From contig NW_021834651.1 of the NCBI RefSeq assembly GCF_006345805.1, positions 1 to 45,883 of the forward strand: a DNA stretch of 45,883 nucleotides. Direction: 5' to 3'. Made by a program: the position numbers and the translations under genes. This DNA comes from Octopus sinensis (lineage: Eukaryota). Below, one piece after another: positions 23,205 through 34,976 of this stretch. How positions within the stretch are numbered: the stretch's first letter is position 1; the number at the start of each line of letters is the position of its first letter. The notes below the pieces were generated by a model that made no database searches, was not told where the DNA came from, and saw only the letters and a program-made list of their open reading frames with translations.

Positions 23205-23260
<56 letters not shown>

Positions 23261-23262
<2 letters not shown>

Positions 23263-23451
23263 CTCTTTTACTTGTTTCAGTCATTTGACTGTGGCCATGC
23301 TGGAGCACTGCCTTTAGTCGAGCAAATCGACCCTGGGACTTATTCTTTGTAAGCCCAGTACTTATTCTATCGGTCTCTTTTGCCGAATCACTAAGTGACG
23401 GGGACGTAAACACACCAGCATCGGTTGTCAAACAATGCTAGGGGGACAAAT

Positions 23452-23488
<37 letters not shown>

Positions 23489-23658
23489 CATATATACGAC
23501 AGGCTTCTTTCAGTTTCCGTCTACCAAATTCACTCACAAGGCATTGGTCGGCCCGGGGCTATAGCAGAAGACACTTGCCCAAGATGCCACGCTGTGGGAC
23601 TGAACCCGGAACCATGTGGTTGGTTAGCAAGCTACTTACCACACAGCCACTCCTGCGC
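23261..23658 (-). mobile_element. SINE family A
   Basis: Full-length copy. Confidence 0.85.
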
Positions 23659-24159
23659 ATATATATGCAGACACACATATATAAAAAGAAAGCTCAAGTT
23701 ACAAAAGATTCTATTGATATTTGCATTTTCTTATTAAATAAAATTTCATCAAACTATTTCTCCATCATCCATAACTTATATATATATATAATTATAATAA
23801 TATAAATAATATATGCATATATACATACATATATGTACATACCTACATATATATGTATGTGGTTGGCGTTAGGAAGGGCATCCAGCCGTAGAAACAATGC
23901 CAGATCAGACTGGGCCTGGTGCAGCCTTCTGGCTTCCCAGACCCCAGTAGAACTGTCCAACCCATGCTAGCATGGAAAGCGGACGCTAAACGATGATGAT
24001 GATGATGATGATACATATGAATATGTAGGTACAAAACCAGTTTCGGACAATGAAAGAAACAAACAGATAAAGGAGACAGGTAATATAAAGAACAATCCCT
24101 TCATCAGTTGACCCCTGTTTTATCTACTCTGTATTTCAAAGGTTGTGTGTGCATGTATG

Positions 24160-24674
24160 TATATCTATATATATAAAACTGTAGTTGTGTGAGTGTCTGT
24201 CCCCTTCAATTTAGATTCCTAACTACTCCCACATTTTGCGGTGCAGTTTAACCAAATTCGGGTATCTTATAGTCGTGATTCATATCGAGCCCGTCTGAGT
24301 ATTAGCGCGCGTCTACGATGAGTCTACGATTTTAAAAATAATTTAACATTTTTTATTCCATTTTAATGCATAATTTTTCGTGTGTCGATGGCGGCGGAGT
24401 TGGCGTTGATGGTCACACCTGCACCTGTTTGCTTCTCCCCCTTCTTCCCTCCCTCGTGAAGCTGTGGGGAAGGGAGTGTAAGGAAATCAACGTCGTAATG
24501 CGTTGTCAAGGAGACCAGCGTTCTTTTAGAACAACGACTTCATGGCTTGAAGACACCCAAACAGAAATGGATAAGAAAGCCCGAATTGGCATCTATAAGG
24601 GAAGTAACTCTCTAAAAATGCTTATATAGTTATTTCCCTTACAAACCCGAGCAACGCCGGGTGATACTGCTAGT
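24160..24674 (+). mobile_element. Non-autonomous Helitron with a distinct internal segment
   Basis: TCTATATATATAAAAC start and CCCGAGCAACGCCGGG...CTAG end. The 5' ~200 bp is shared with the 9322-9711 copy. Confidence 0.7.
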
Positions 24675-25785
24675 ATATATATATATATATATATAGTGTA
24701 ATAAATAAAATATATGCATACATACATACATATATGTACGTACCTACATCTACATGTATATATACATGCATATATAAGTATATATACGTGAGTACAGGAC
24801 ACCACAATTAGACGTAGAACACAACGAGAAACGAAAACGTAAAAACAAACATGGAAACGGACCTTAATTTTAACAATGAAAGAACAGAGTACAAGACAAA
24901 CAACACAAGGAAAAATCCCCTTCATCAGCTGTCCCTTGTATGACTCCATGCGTGTTTCGAAGGTGAGGACAGAACACGTCTCGTCGAACTAGTCCTTCCT
25001 GCGAAAGAATTAAATAAAATTCCTTCGCAGAGGGGTAAAAACAAGGAAAGAAAAAAATGCGACAAAAACAGGACGTAGAAATGATACAAATAAAAATAAT
25101 ACAAATAAAATACAAAATAAAAATACAATTACAAAACAAAAACAGTACAAGAATTAAAACAAACAATGAGGGCCTTTTTTGGCCAAGACGAGGAAAGATT
25201 CTTAAGAGCGCAGGAAGAAGCGTGTTCACTGTTAGGAGGCCGCAAGCGAAAGGAAGTAGTCGCCCGGCTGTGAGAGAGATAGAGGAAGACAAGCGGCTGA
25301 GAGAGAGGAAGGCAGGGTTATATATATATATATGTATATATATAATAATAATAATAATATTAGGGAGTAAATCCAAACTTAGAGGGAAAAATTAGATTTA
25401 GGATTAAATCTAAATTTATAGTATAAATATATATATTTTATTAAATTAGAGATAAAACCACTATTAGGCAAATCAAACAGTGAAAATCATAAACCAATAC
25501 ATAGAAATAAAATTAATTAATAAAAAATATATAAAATATATAATTCAAAATTTAAAATATTTAAATTAAAGTTAAAATTTAAAAAATTATTTAAATTAAT
25601 AATTTATACTTATAAATTTTTAAATATATATATATATATATAATTATTATTATTTAATTAATTCATTCATTTATTAATTAAAAAAATTTTTTTTTATATA
25701 GTAAATTATATTAGTTAGTTAATTTGGCTCAAAAGCAAATAGCAAGGCCATGTAGGGGGACATGGAGTTAAGTACAGGGTGGTGT

Positions 25786-26200
25786 TCATGTAAAGAGTTC
25801 AGGCCACTTGAGGTCCAGGGAGGCTTTGAACAAAGCGGTTGTCGGCATCTTCACCATCTCATCTGGCAGCTTGTTCCACGGATCCGCAACCCGGACGGAG
25901 AAAGCTCCTCTCCTATTACAAGTGTGTGTGTGTATCATTCCAATCATGGCAGTGTGGTTATGAAATCCATTTCCAAACCTCATGGTTTAGGGTTCAATCT
26001 AACGGTGAGGCACTTCAAATAAGTGTCTTCTTGTTGCTCTCCTGAAGGTGCCTGGCTGTGGTTTAGAGCATCCAGCTGACAATTGTGAGGTTGCATTCCG
26101 GAGTAAATTGAATGGCTGCTGCAGCCACTGCCTCCTGATTGTAAGCCTACCACTGAGCCATGCGCCTCTACAGAGAAGAATCAGTGGCATGGAAAGGGGA
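25786..26200 (-). mobile_element. CR1-like LINE 3' fragment
   Basis: RRGAFSVRVADPWNKLPDEMV...FKASLD, the typical FSxRVxxxWNxLP motif. Frameshifted upstream. Confidence 0.7.
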
Positions 26201-26324
26201 CACTAGAATGCATGGGGCAACGGATGGTCTTGTTCAGACTGGTGCCTCAGAGGGGAACTTTCTAGGTGAAATCCTATGGTCATTCTTGACTGAAAGGGGC
26301 CCTTAGCCTTTACCCTATGTACAT

Positions 26325-26717
26325 GTGGATGGATGGAAGCACTCCGTCGGTTCCGACGACGAGGGTTCCGGTTGATCCGATCAATGGGAACAGCCTGCTC
26401 GTGAAATTAACGTGTAAGTGGCTGAGCACTCCACAGACACGTGTACCCTTAACGTAGTTCTCGGGGATATTCAGCGTGACGCAGAGAGTGACAAGGCCGG
26501 CCCTTTGAAATACAGGTACAACAGAAACAGGAAGAAAGAGTGAGAGAAAGTTGTGGTGAAAGAGTACAGCAGGGATCACCACCATCCCCTGCCGGAGCCT
26601 CGTGGAGCTTTTAGGTGTTTTCGCTCAATAAACACTCACAACGCCCGATCTGGGAATCGAAACCGCGATCCTACGACCGCGAGTCTGCTGCCCTAACCAC
26701 TGGGCCATTGCGCCTCC
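26325..26717 (-). mobile_element. tRNA-headed SINE family D with TSD
   Basis: Head GGAGGCGCAATGGCCCAGTGGTTAGG...GGTTTCGATTCC. (TCCA)n tail. TSD (CC)TATGTACAT at 26314-26324 and 26716-26726. Confidence 0.85.
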
Positions 26718-27320
26718 TATGTACATATAATGGTGTGGAGAGGGGAGGCTGGTATGGGGCAATGGCTGGTCAACCTTGCTCAGACTGGTGCCTCAGAGGG
26801 GAACTTACTAGGTGAAATCCTATGGTCATTCTTGACTGAAAGGGGCCCTTAGCCTTTAGATCTTTGTACATATAACGGTGTGGAGAGGGGAGGCTGGTGT
26901 GCATGTGACACTGATGCTCTTCCATAAACAACCTTGCCTGGACTAATACTTTGGAATGGAACTTTCTAGGTGCAATCGTATGGTCACTCATGACTGAAGG
27001 GAGTCTTTATCCCAATATTTTTCAGGAGGGAACACTGGTCTGTTGCGGGGTTACTCATTTTTGCCAGCTGAGTGGACTGGAATAATGTGAAATGAAGTGA
27101 TTTGCTCAAGAACTCAATGCATCAGCCAATCCAGGAATTGAAACCTCAATCTTACAATCATGAGTCCAACACCCTAACCACAAGGCCATGATGTGTCTCT
27201 GAGTTAAAAAATTAGTTAGATATGGGTGAAACAAAAAAAAAATCATCATTACAGAGAAATACTGTGTGTGTGTGTGTGGCACAAGTATTAGTGTGCAGTT
27301 GAGAAATTTAATTACTTTAA

Positions 27321-27689
27321 CCCTTTAGTGTTCAGATTATTCTACCAAAATTAATCCTTTTTTATCCACATTGTTTTGAACTAATCATGCATTATCTTGT
27401 AGCTATGAGATTCTGATGAGGTAGCTGTTAATTTGGTTTGGCTGGCAACGTGAAACTGGCCTCTAACGATTCCCCAAGCTTTTCATCCTGTTTTATGTAA
27501 GGCACCAAACCTTTATACGACAAACTATAGAAGAAATAAGCCTTTTGGCTGAAAAGTGAGAGGTCTTTACAATAAAGCCTGTACAAGATGATATTGTAGG
27601 GTTGGTGTGAGAGACCAGATCTGGCCAGTTTGAACATAAAACAGGCAGAATACTTTTGGCCGGATATGGCCAGTTTAAATGCTAAAGGG
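27321..27689. mobile_element. piggyBac-like MITE carrying a captured PKD1-like gene fragment
   Basis: TTAA|CCCTTTAG...CTAAAGGG|TTAA. Internal 27432-27587 copies 20670-20825. Confidence 0.85.
27432..27587 (-). pseudogene. 156-bp duplicated fragment of the PKD1-like REJ region
   Basis: 153/156 identical to 20670-20825, same strand. Encodes LYRLYCKD...TLPAKPN. Confidence 0.92.
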
Positions 27690-27700
27690 TTAAGCTAATT

Positions 27701-28315
27701 GGATCTTTTCCTTTTGAACGGCAGACAATTTCTAGTTAACTAAACACTTTAAAACTTCGTATACTGGTAGAATGTGTCAAAATAAAACATTGTTTTCTCT
27801 TGGCTTTCTTGAGAAAATTGTAATTTGTTTGTTTAACGTAGTTTAATTTTTCGAATTTTAACCAATCCTATGCTCTCTTTTGAGCTAAAATCATTTGCTG
27901 CATCTAAAACTGAGACAACATCCTGTAACTAACCCTAAATTTTTTTTTCTTAATTGTTAAATTAATTTAATTGTTACGCATGTTAAAAAAACTAAAGCAA
28001 TGGAATTAAATTAATTTAACAATTAAGAAAAAAAATTTAGGGTTAGGGTTAGGGGTGAGGTTTAGGGTTAGTTACAGGATGTTGTCTCAGTTTTAGACGC
28101 AGCAAATGATTTTAGTTGAATGGAGGTAATCGATTGGTTAAAATTGCCGAAATGCTAGGATTTTCAGACGAAATATCTTACAAACTATAGAATTTTCTCA
28201 ATAAAACCAAGAGAAAATGATGTTTTATAAACACATTCTACCAGTATACGAAGTTTAAAATTTTTTAGTTACCTAGAAATTATGTTAAAAACTGCCGTTC
28301 AAAAGGAAAAGATCC
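27701..28315. mobile_element. Second palindromic MITE of the same TIR family
   Basis: Perfect TIR GGATCTTTTCCTTTTGAACGGCAG. 8-bp TSD AGCTAATT at 27693-27700 and 28316-28323. (TTAGGG)n at ~28037-28075. Confidence 0.88.
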
Positions 28316-28357
28316 AGCTAATTTAATTAATATATGTTAATTAATTAGCATAACAAA

Positions 28358-29187
28358 TTACGTGTTTTTCATTTGGAATACAAAACCATCTCCAGGAAGT
28401 TTTGATTCAATCCAGGGAAAGAAGAAAGCCAGGAACCAGTGAGGACCAAAAACGTTGGTCCAGTTGTGTTTGAAACCCATGTCGAAGCATGTGATTTTCT
28501 TTTTGTATTCATACTGTGTCTGTCCGTACAGGATCTGCCTGGCTTGGTTTCTCAGTGACCAGATGAAGAGAAGCAGAAGTAGGAATCCGATGGCACTCAT
28601 TGTAGTAACAAAAAACGTATATGCATCATAATAACCCAAAACCCATCCAACATGGGGCATCGTAAACGAAATGATGTTGAAGAAGCCGAGAGGCCCCTTT
28701 AGTCGGCACACAAACTCATAGTTGAAAAGGTTACAGTAAAGGGCCATGATGAACATATACAGCAGCATAACACAGAAATAGCGCTGGTTTCGGTAGCCGA
28801 TGCAGCAGCCGGCGAACCAGCAGTGGTGGTCATGTCGAAGGATGCAGACGTTGCAGTTGAGGCAGTGATGTGAACGAGCTGGAACGTGAGCGTTGCAGTC
28901 CTGGCAAAATCTCCAGGTTTGACTGACCAAGGGCAAGTGTGTGCGACACCTCACCGATGTGTCCGTCAGCACCAGAAAAATCAGGTTTGCATAGATGTGC
29001 GAAATGAGGACAACGAAGACAGTGATGTGCACGACGACGATAAAGGACACTTCGGAATAGTAAGTTGGCATAATGAGAAAACCTTCGTACCACGTCAGCA
29101 GAAGCCCTCCAAACAGGAAAACCAAAAGGAAAACTCGGTCAATGATTTTTAAGGGCCATGGATGCCTCTTGTAGGTTTGTGTCTGAT
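28358..29187 (-). CDS. DHHC palmitoyltransferase (ZDHHC24-like), main coding exon
   Basis: DHHC cysteine-rich domain FCQDC...RSHHCLNCNVCILRHDHHCWFAGCCIGYRNQRYF, four hydrophobic segments, GQTQYE (TTxE-like) and FDMGFKHNWTNVFG (PaCCT-like). Begins at acceptor tttaatttcAG (29189-29188). No in-frame ATG before TM1. The ZDHHC24 subfamily assignment is from recall. Confidence 0.9.
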
Positions 29188-29264
29188 CTGAAATTAAATA
29201 TATAAAAAAAAACATACAGTTAATTCCTCTGATACACAATATTTCGGTCATATTATGTGGAGAA

Positions 29265-29460
29265 AATCTCAAGAGAAGGACATCATGCTCGGAATGGTCA
29301 GTGGCAAGAGAGGAAGAGGCCAACCAAGAACCCGCTGGCTTGACACCATCAAGAGTGATACCGGAATGGACATAGCCAATCTGAAAGAAGCGGCCCAGGA
29401 TAGAATTGACTGAAGGACACTGATCCGAGTAACCGAGAGTCGACTTCAACTGAGCGGATT
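29265..29460 (+). mobile_element. RTE-like LINE 3' fragment
   Basis: GHIMWR...EKDIMLGMVSGKRGRGQPRTRWLDTIK...AAQDR, followed by a (GATA)n tail. Confidence 0.75.
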
Positions 29461-29634
29461 GATAGATAGATAGATAGACACAATTTTTCTCTCACCTCTT
29501 CATGACCTCTCATTCATACACTCCAACATTAAACATCCAGTGGAGCAGGCTTTCTTCATTTCTTCCCAGTCACCACACACCCACAACCATCATGGGCCAT
29601 GTTTTACTGTCATTCAACATCACACTATCTATAA

Positions 29635-30172
29635 GGCGCAGGAGTGGCTGTGTGGTAAGTAGCTTGTTTACCAACCACATGGTTCCAGGTTCAGTCCCAC
29701 TGCGTGGCACCTTGGGTAAGTGTCTTCTACTACAGCCTCGGGCCGACCAAAGCCTTGTGAGTGGATTTGGTAGACGGAAACTGAAAGAAGCCCATCGTAT
29801 ATATGTGTATATATATATATATATATATTGGCCTGTTCGCTTAGCCAGTGGGGTGGCGTCATTCGAAGGCTAAAACAATGCGAACGCATTGTGACCAGCG
29901 ATGTGTAAAACATCTGATGGTCTGGTCGGTCACGTGATATATATATATATATGCGTGTGTGTGTTTGTGTGTCTGTGTTTGTCCCCCTAGCATTGCTTGA
30001 CAACCAATGCTGGTGTGTTTATGTCCCCGTTACTTAGCGGTTCGGCAAAAGAGACCGATAGAATAACTACTGGGCTTACAAAAGAATAAGTCCCGGGGTC
30101 GAGTTGCTCAATTAAAGGCATGCTCCAGCATGGCTGCAGTCAAATGACTGAAAACAAGTAAAAGAGTAAAGA
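29635..30172 (+). mobile_element. SINE family A with an inserted fragment in its microsatellite
   Basis: Head at 29635. Foreign repeat piece at ~29830-29937. Tail (GAGTAAA)n. Confidence 0.8.
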
Positions 30173-30559
30173 GTATATAAAAGTTGTTTATTAATTAGCT
30201 TTGAGTGTGTAACATTTTAATAAAAGAAAGCAGTTATTAAAGTTCACATTACCTAGAAAATTCTTATAAATTCCAATTTTAATATGGAGAAGGAGTACAC
30301 TAAACAATGTACACCTACATACACTACATCTGAAAAAACCCAGTATGATCACAGATTGAACATCTTTGATTATAATTCTCTTGGGTCAGGACTGACCTAG
30401 GGTTAAACAAAAACCAATGTGGAGGACACATTACACGATATAGTCCAAGATCAGTGCTCTGCAACCAGTATGCTGCAGTGCACTGGTGTGCCACGTGACA
30501 ATGCTAGGTGTGCCACAGTGTAACCTGGATGTAATTATTTTCCTGTACTTTTAGTTGTT

Positions 30560-31345
30560 TTTAGTTCAGGTGTGCTACCTTAATTGGGAAGGGATTGTGG
30601 AGCACTGCCCTAGATACGTTATTTCTGAATAAAGGACAGGATGGTCACAGTTGGAACGACTTTAATCTTAGGTCGGCTGGATCAGAACTGACTTGAGGCT
30701 AAACAACGAGGAGGGACACATTAGATAATGTAGTCCTAGATACACTATGTCTGAATAACAGACATGACGGTCACGGCTGGAAAACTTTTGATCATTGGTC
30801 AGCTGGATTAAGACTGACCTAGGGTTAAACAACAATCACAAGGAAGGACACAACAGATAATGTAGTCCTAGATACACTATGTCTGAATAAAAGACAGGAT
30901 GGTCACAGCTGGAACATCTTTGATCATAGGTCTGCTGAATCAGGATGAAGAATACTTCTTAAGACAAGACAGAACACATTAGATAATGTAGTCCTAGATA
31001 CACTATGCCTGAATAAAAGACAGGATGGTCACAGCTGGAACATCTTGATACACTATGTCTGAATAAAAGACAGGATGGTCACAGCTGGAACGTCTTTGAT
31101 CATAGGTCTACAGGATCAGGATGAAGAATACTTCTTAAGACAAGACAGAACACATTAGATAATGTAGTCCTAGATACACTATGCCTGAATAACAGACGGG
31201 ATGGTCACGGCTGGAACATCTTTGATTACAGGTCTACTGGATCAACGCTGACCTGGGGCTAAACAACTACAAGGAAGGACACATTTGATGATGTAGTCCT
31301 AGATACACTATGTCTGAATAACAAACGGGATGGTCATGGATGGTA
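30560..31345 (+). repeat. Minisatellite with ~110-120-bp units
   Basis: GATAATGTAGTCCTAGATACACTATG(T/C)CTGAATAA...GGATGGTCACAGCTGGAAC recurs about 6-7 times. Confidence 0.85.
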
Positions 31346-31442
31346 CACTTTTGATGAACAAAAAAATTGTCATTACAAAGAACATGTGCGTGTGTGTGTG
31401 TGTGTGTATGCATAAAGATTTTTTTTTATTTTCCCCTCTTTT

Positions 31443-31822
31443 TAGCACTCCGTCGGTTACGACGATGAGGGTTCCGGTTGATCCGAATCAACGGAACAGC
31501 CTGCTCGTGAAATTAACGTGTAAGTGGCTGAGCACTCCACAGACACGTGCACCCTTAATGTAGTTCTCGGGGATATTCAGCGTGACACAGAGAGTGACAA
31601 GGCCGGCCCCTTGAAATACAGGTACAACAGAAACAGGAAGTAAGAGTGAGAAAGTTGTGGTGAAAGAGTACAGCAGGGATCACCACCATCCCCTGCCGGA
31701 GCCTCGTGGAGCTTTTAGGTGTTTTCGCTCAATAAACACTCACAACGCCCGGTCTGGGAATCGAAACCGCGATCCTACGACTGCGAGTCCGCTGCCCTAA
31801 CCACTGGGCCATTGCGCCTCCT
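31443..31822 (-). mobile_element. SINE family D, second copy
   Basis: Near-identical to 26325-26717. Confidence 0.85.
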
Positions 31823-32128
31823 CGCATAAAGATATGAGTGAATAGTAGAGAAATTCGTTTATTCATACCTACGCACACACACACACACATGGGCCAGTGA
31901 AGAAACCTCTGAATAACCACTAACTTTGCAAGAAATAGCAGCCACATCTATTTTAAATCTTAGTTCAGAATAATCAAGCTGAGAGCAAAGTTCGTGTTCA
32001 ATAGATACCAAAGACAATCCAGAAAGTCTGCTACACGTTCGTTGTACAATGTAATATTTTTACAAAAAACTTTTGCAGGTGTAATGTATTACCATTTTAT
32101 TTCTTGAAATGTTTAGCTAACATAAATA

Positions 32129-32672
32129 GGCACAGGAGTGGCTGCGTGGTAAGTAGCTTGTTTACCAACCACATGGTTCCGGGTTCAGTCCCACTGCGTG
32201 GCATCTTGGGCAAGTGTCTTCTGCTATAGCCCCGGGCCGACCAATGCCTTGTGAGTGGATTTGGTAGACAGAAACTGAAAGAAGCCCGCCGTATATATGT
32301 GTGTGTGTGTGTTGTGTGTGTGTGTGTATATATATACACACACACACACAGAGGAGTGGCTGTGTGGTAAGTAGCTTGCTTGCCAACCACATGGTTTCGG
32401 GTTCAGTCCCACTGCGTGGCATCTTGGGCAAGTGTCTTCTGCTATGTGTGTGTATATGTTTGTGTGTCTGTGTTTGTCCCCCTAGCATTGCTTGACAACC
32501 GATGCTGGTGTGTTTACGTCCCCGTCACTAAGCGGTTCGGCAAAAAGAGACCAATAGAATAAGTACTGGGCTTACAAAAGAATAAGTCCCGGGGTCGATT
32601 TGCTCGACTAAAGGCGGTGCTCCAGCATGGCCGCAGTCAAAAGACTGAAACAAGTAAAAGAGTAAAAGAGAG
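32129..32672 (+). mobile_element. SINE family A with partial head duplication
   Basis: Heads at ~32129 and ~32352. Confidence 0.8.
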
Positions 32673-32865
32673 AGAGAATATAAATAGTTTAATTCTTGTT
32701 CAACATCTTAAACAAATAGATGACTCTTCTACATAGTTTGATCTTAACATAGGGCCCCTCAACTGCAGAGGCCCTCTGCGACCGCAGGGGTTGCAGGGGC
32801 TTAACGACGGCTCTGGTTTCAAGGTTCCCGGCATGGGAACGTTTGTATTACAGGCGGTGAGCTGG

Positions 32866-33088
32866 CAGAAACGTTAGCACGTCGGGCGAAATGCTTTGCG
32901 GTATTTCGTCTGCCGTTACGTTCTGAGTTCAAATTCCGCCAAGGTCGACTTTGCCTTTCATCCTTTCGGGGTTGATAAATTAAGTACCAGTTACGCACTG
33001 GGGTCGATGTAATCGACTTAATACCTATGCCTGTCCTTGTTTGTCCCCTCAGTGTTTAGCCCCTTGTGGGTAATAAATAAATAGGTAT
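32866..33088 (+). mobile_element. SINE family C monomer
   Basis: Head GGCGGTGAGCTGGCAGAAACGTTAG, B box GAGTTCAAATTCC, ends AAATAGGTAT. A similar monomer is at 35683-35910. Confidence 0.8.
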
Positions 33089-33444
33089 CTTCTTTCAGTA
33101 CCCACCCCTCTCTCTCTCTCTCGCCCCTACCAGTCTTAAAGGATCCAGTAAAGGATCGCAGACACTTCGCTCTAGAATAGAAAACTGAATCAATAAATAA
33201 ATAAGAACAAAATACTTTTTATGTTGTTACTTTTTTTTTCTAGTCTGAAATAATTCATTCTACTCTAGTCCCACGGCCTGAAATTGTTGTCGAATTCTCC
33301 TTGTGAAGAAGCAGACAAAATCAAGTCCCAGTACCCTACTTGTACTTATTTCATCCACATGGAAAGGACGAAAGGCAAAATCGACTTCAGCGGAATTTGA
33401 ACTCAGAACGTAAAGACCGACCAAAAAAGTATTTCGTCCGACAT

Positions 33445-34185
33445 GCAACAGATTCTTATTTCTTTACTGCCCACAAGGGGCTGCATACAGAGGGGACAAA
33501 CAAGGACAGACAAATGGATTAAATCGATTATATCGACACCAGTGCGAAAGGATGAAAGGCAAAATCGACCTCGGCGGAATTTGAACTCAGAACGTAACAG
33601 CACACGAAATACCTATTTCTTTACTACCCACAAGGGGCTAAATACAGAGGGGACAAACAAGGACAGACATAGGTATTAAATCGATTATATCAACCCCAGT
33701 GCATAACTGGTACTTAATTTATCGACCCCGAAAGGACGAAAGGCAAAATCGACTTCAGCGGAATTTGAACTCTGAACGTAACGGCAGACGAAATACCCAT
33801 TTCTTTACTACCCAAAAGGGCTAAACACAGAGGGGACAAACAAGGACAGACAAATGGATTAAATCGATTACATCGACGCCTGTGCGTAACTGGTACTTAA
33901 TTTATCGACCCCGAAGGGATGAAAGGCAAAGTCGACCTCGGCGGAATTTGAACTCAGAACGTAACGGCAGATGAAATACCTATTTCTTTACTACCCACAA
34001 GGGGCTAAACACAGAGGGGACAAACAAGGACAGACAAAGGGATTAAGTCGATTATATCGATCCCAGTGCGTAACTGTTACTTATTTAATCGACCCCGAAA
34101 GGACGAAAAGCAAAATCGACTTCAGCGGAATTTGAACTCAGAACGTAAAGACCGACCAAATAAGTATTCCGTCCGACATGCTAAA
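33445..34185 (-). mobile_element. SINE family C concatemer (~4 bodies)
   Basis: Tandem ~180-bp units with a head remnant at ~34165-34185. Confidence 0.8.
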
Positions 34186-34199
34186 GACTCTGACAGCTT

Positions 34200-34620
34200 A
34201 CTGCTTTAAAAGTCAGAAATGAAGAAATGATTACAAACCTTCGCGCCAAACCATAATTCTCCTCTCGCTTTATAATTATTGCTGTGATGCTGATTGTTAC
34301 TATAGTGACCGGCTGTTGTTGGTACTTCAGGTAATTTACTTGTGGTAGAAGCAACAATAATAATGAGTATCGTTACTATTATGATTACAATGTATAAATG
34401 CGCCTGGCCCGGGACAGCAACTTGGATGGCCGGGTGTCGGATTTGAAAATTCGAAGACCGAGATTGCAAGTTCGAGATTCGAAGGTAAAGATTGACCGGG
34501 CGTTACCAAAGTACGTAAGGGGATTTCAGAATCCCGACACCGGCTTAGTAGTTTGTTGCTCTCATACAGTAGAGAGTTTGCGTTGCTATGAAATGTCATT
34601 ATTCTATAGAAAAGTCGTGT
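34200..34620. promoter_or_regulatory. CpG-enriched unique patch, possible promoter/first exon (possibly bidirectional)
   Basis: Locally CpG-rich, non-repeat sequence with donor-like sites CAG|GTAATT (34330, +), AAG|GTAAAG (+) and GCA|GTAAGC (~34200, -). Lies between ZDHHC (-) and the orphan exon (+). Confidence 0.3.
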
Positions 34621-34795
34621 GTGAGTGTGTGTGCGAGTGTGTGTGTGTGAGTGTGTGCGAGTGTGTGTGCGAGTGAGTGTGTGTGTGCGTGCGAGTGTGT
34701 GTGTGTGTGCGTGCGAGTGTGAGTGCGTGAGCGTTTGTGTGTGTATGTGTGTGCGTGCGTGCGTGTGTGTGTGAGTGAGTGTGTGTGTGTGTGTT
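34620..34795. repeat. (GT)n/(GAGT)n/(GC) compound microsatellite
   Basis: Seen directly. Confidence 0.9.
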
Positions 34796-34976
34796 CTCAT
34801 AATCGTATCTACAAAACTTCTTTTGGCGATCCTTCGGTATAGGTTCACACGTGACTTTGTTTACGTTTCTGAAGATAAGAGAAACCCTTTTCTCACACCC
34901 CTAACCCTAACCCCCCATATATATAAAAAAACAAACACTTTCTTGAAATGTATCCGGTACTTATACCTATTTCTTT

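Noticed and set aside
24915-24975. Possible type II hammerhead (CCTTCGAAAC...GTC...CTGATGAAGGGG on -)
   Set aside because: No stem I pairing between the cleavage site and CUGAUGA, and stem III is weak.
28037-28075. Interstitial telomere as a chromosome-fusion scar
   Set aside because: Only a few degenerate units, sitting inside a TSD-flanked MITE.
29188-29449. N-terminal ~87 aa of the 363-aa ZDHHC ORF
   Set aside because: Reads through a splice acceptor into the antisense strand of an RTE fragment; not DHHC-like.
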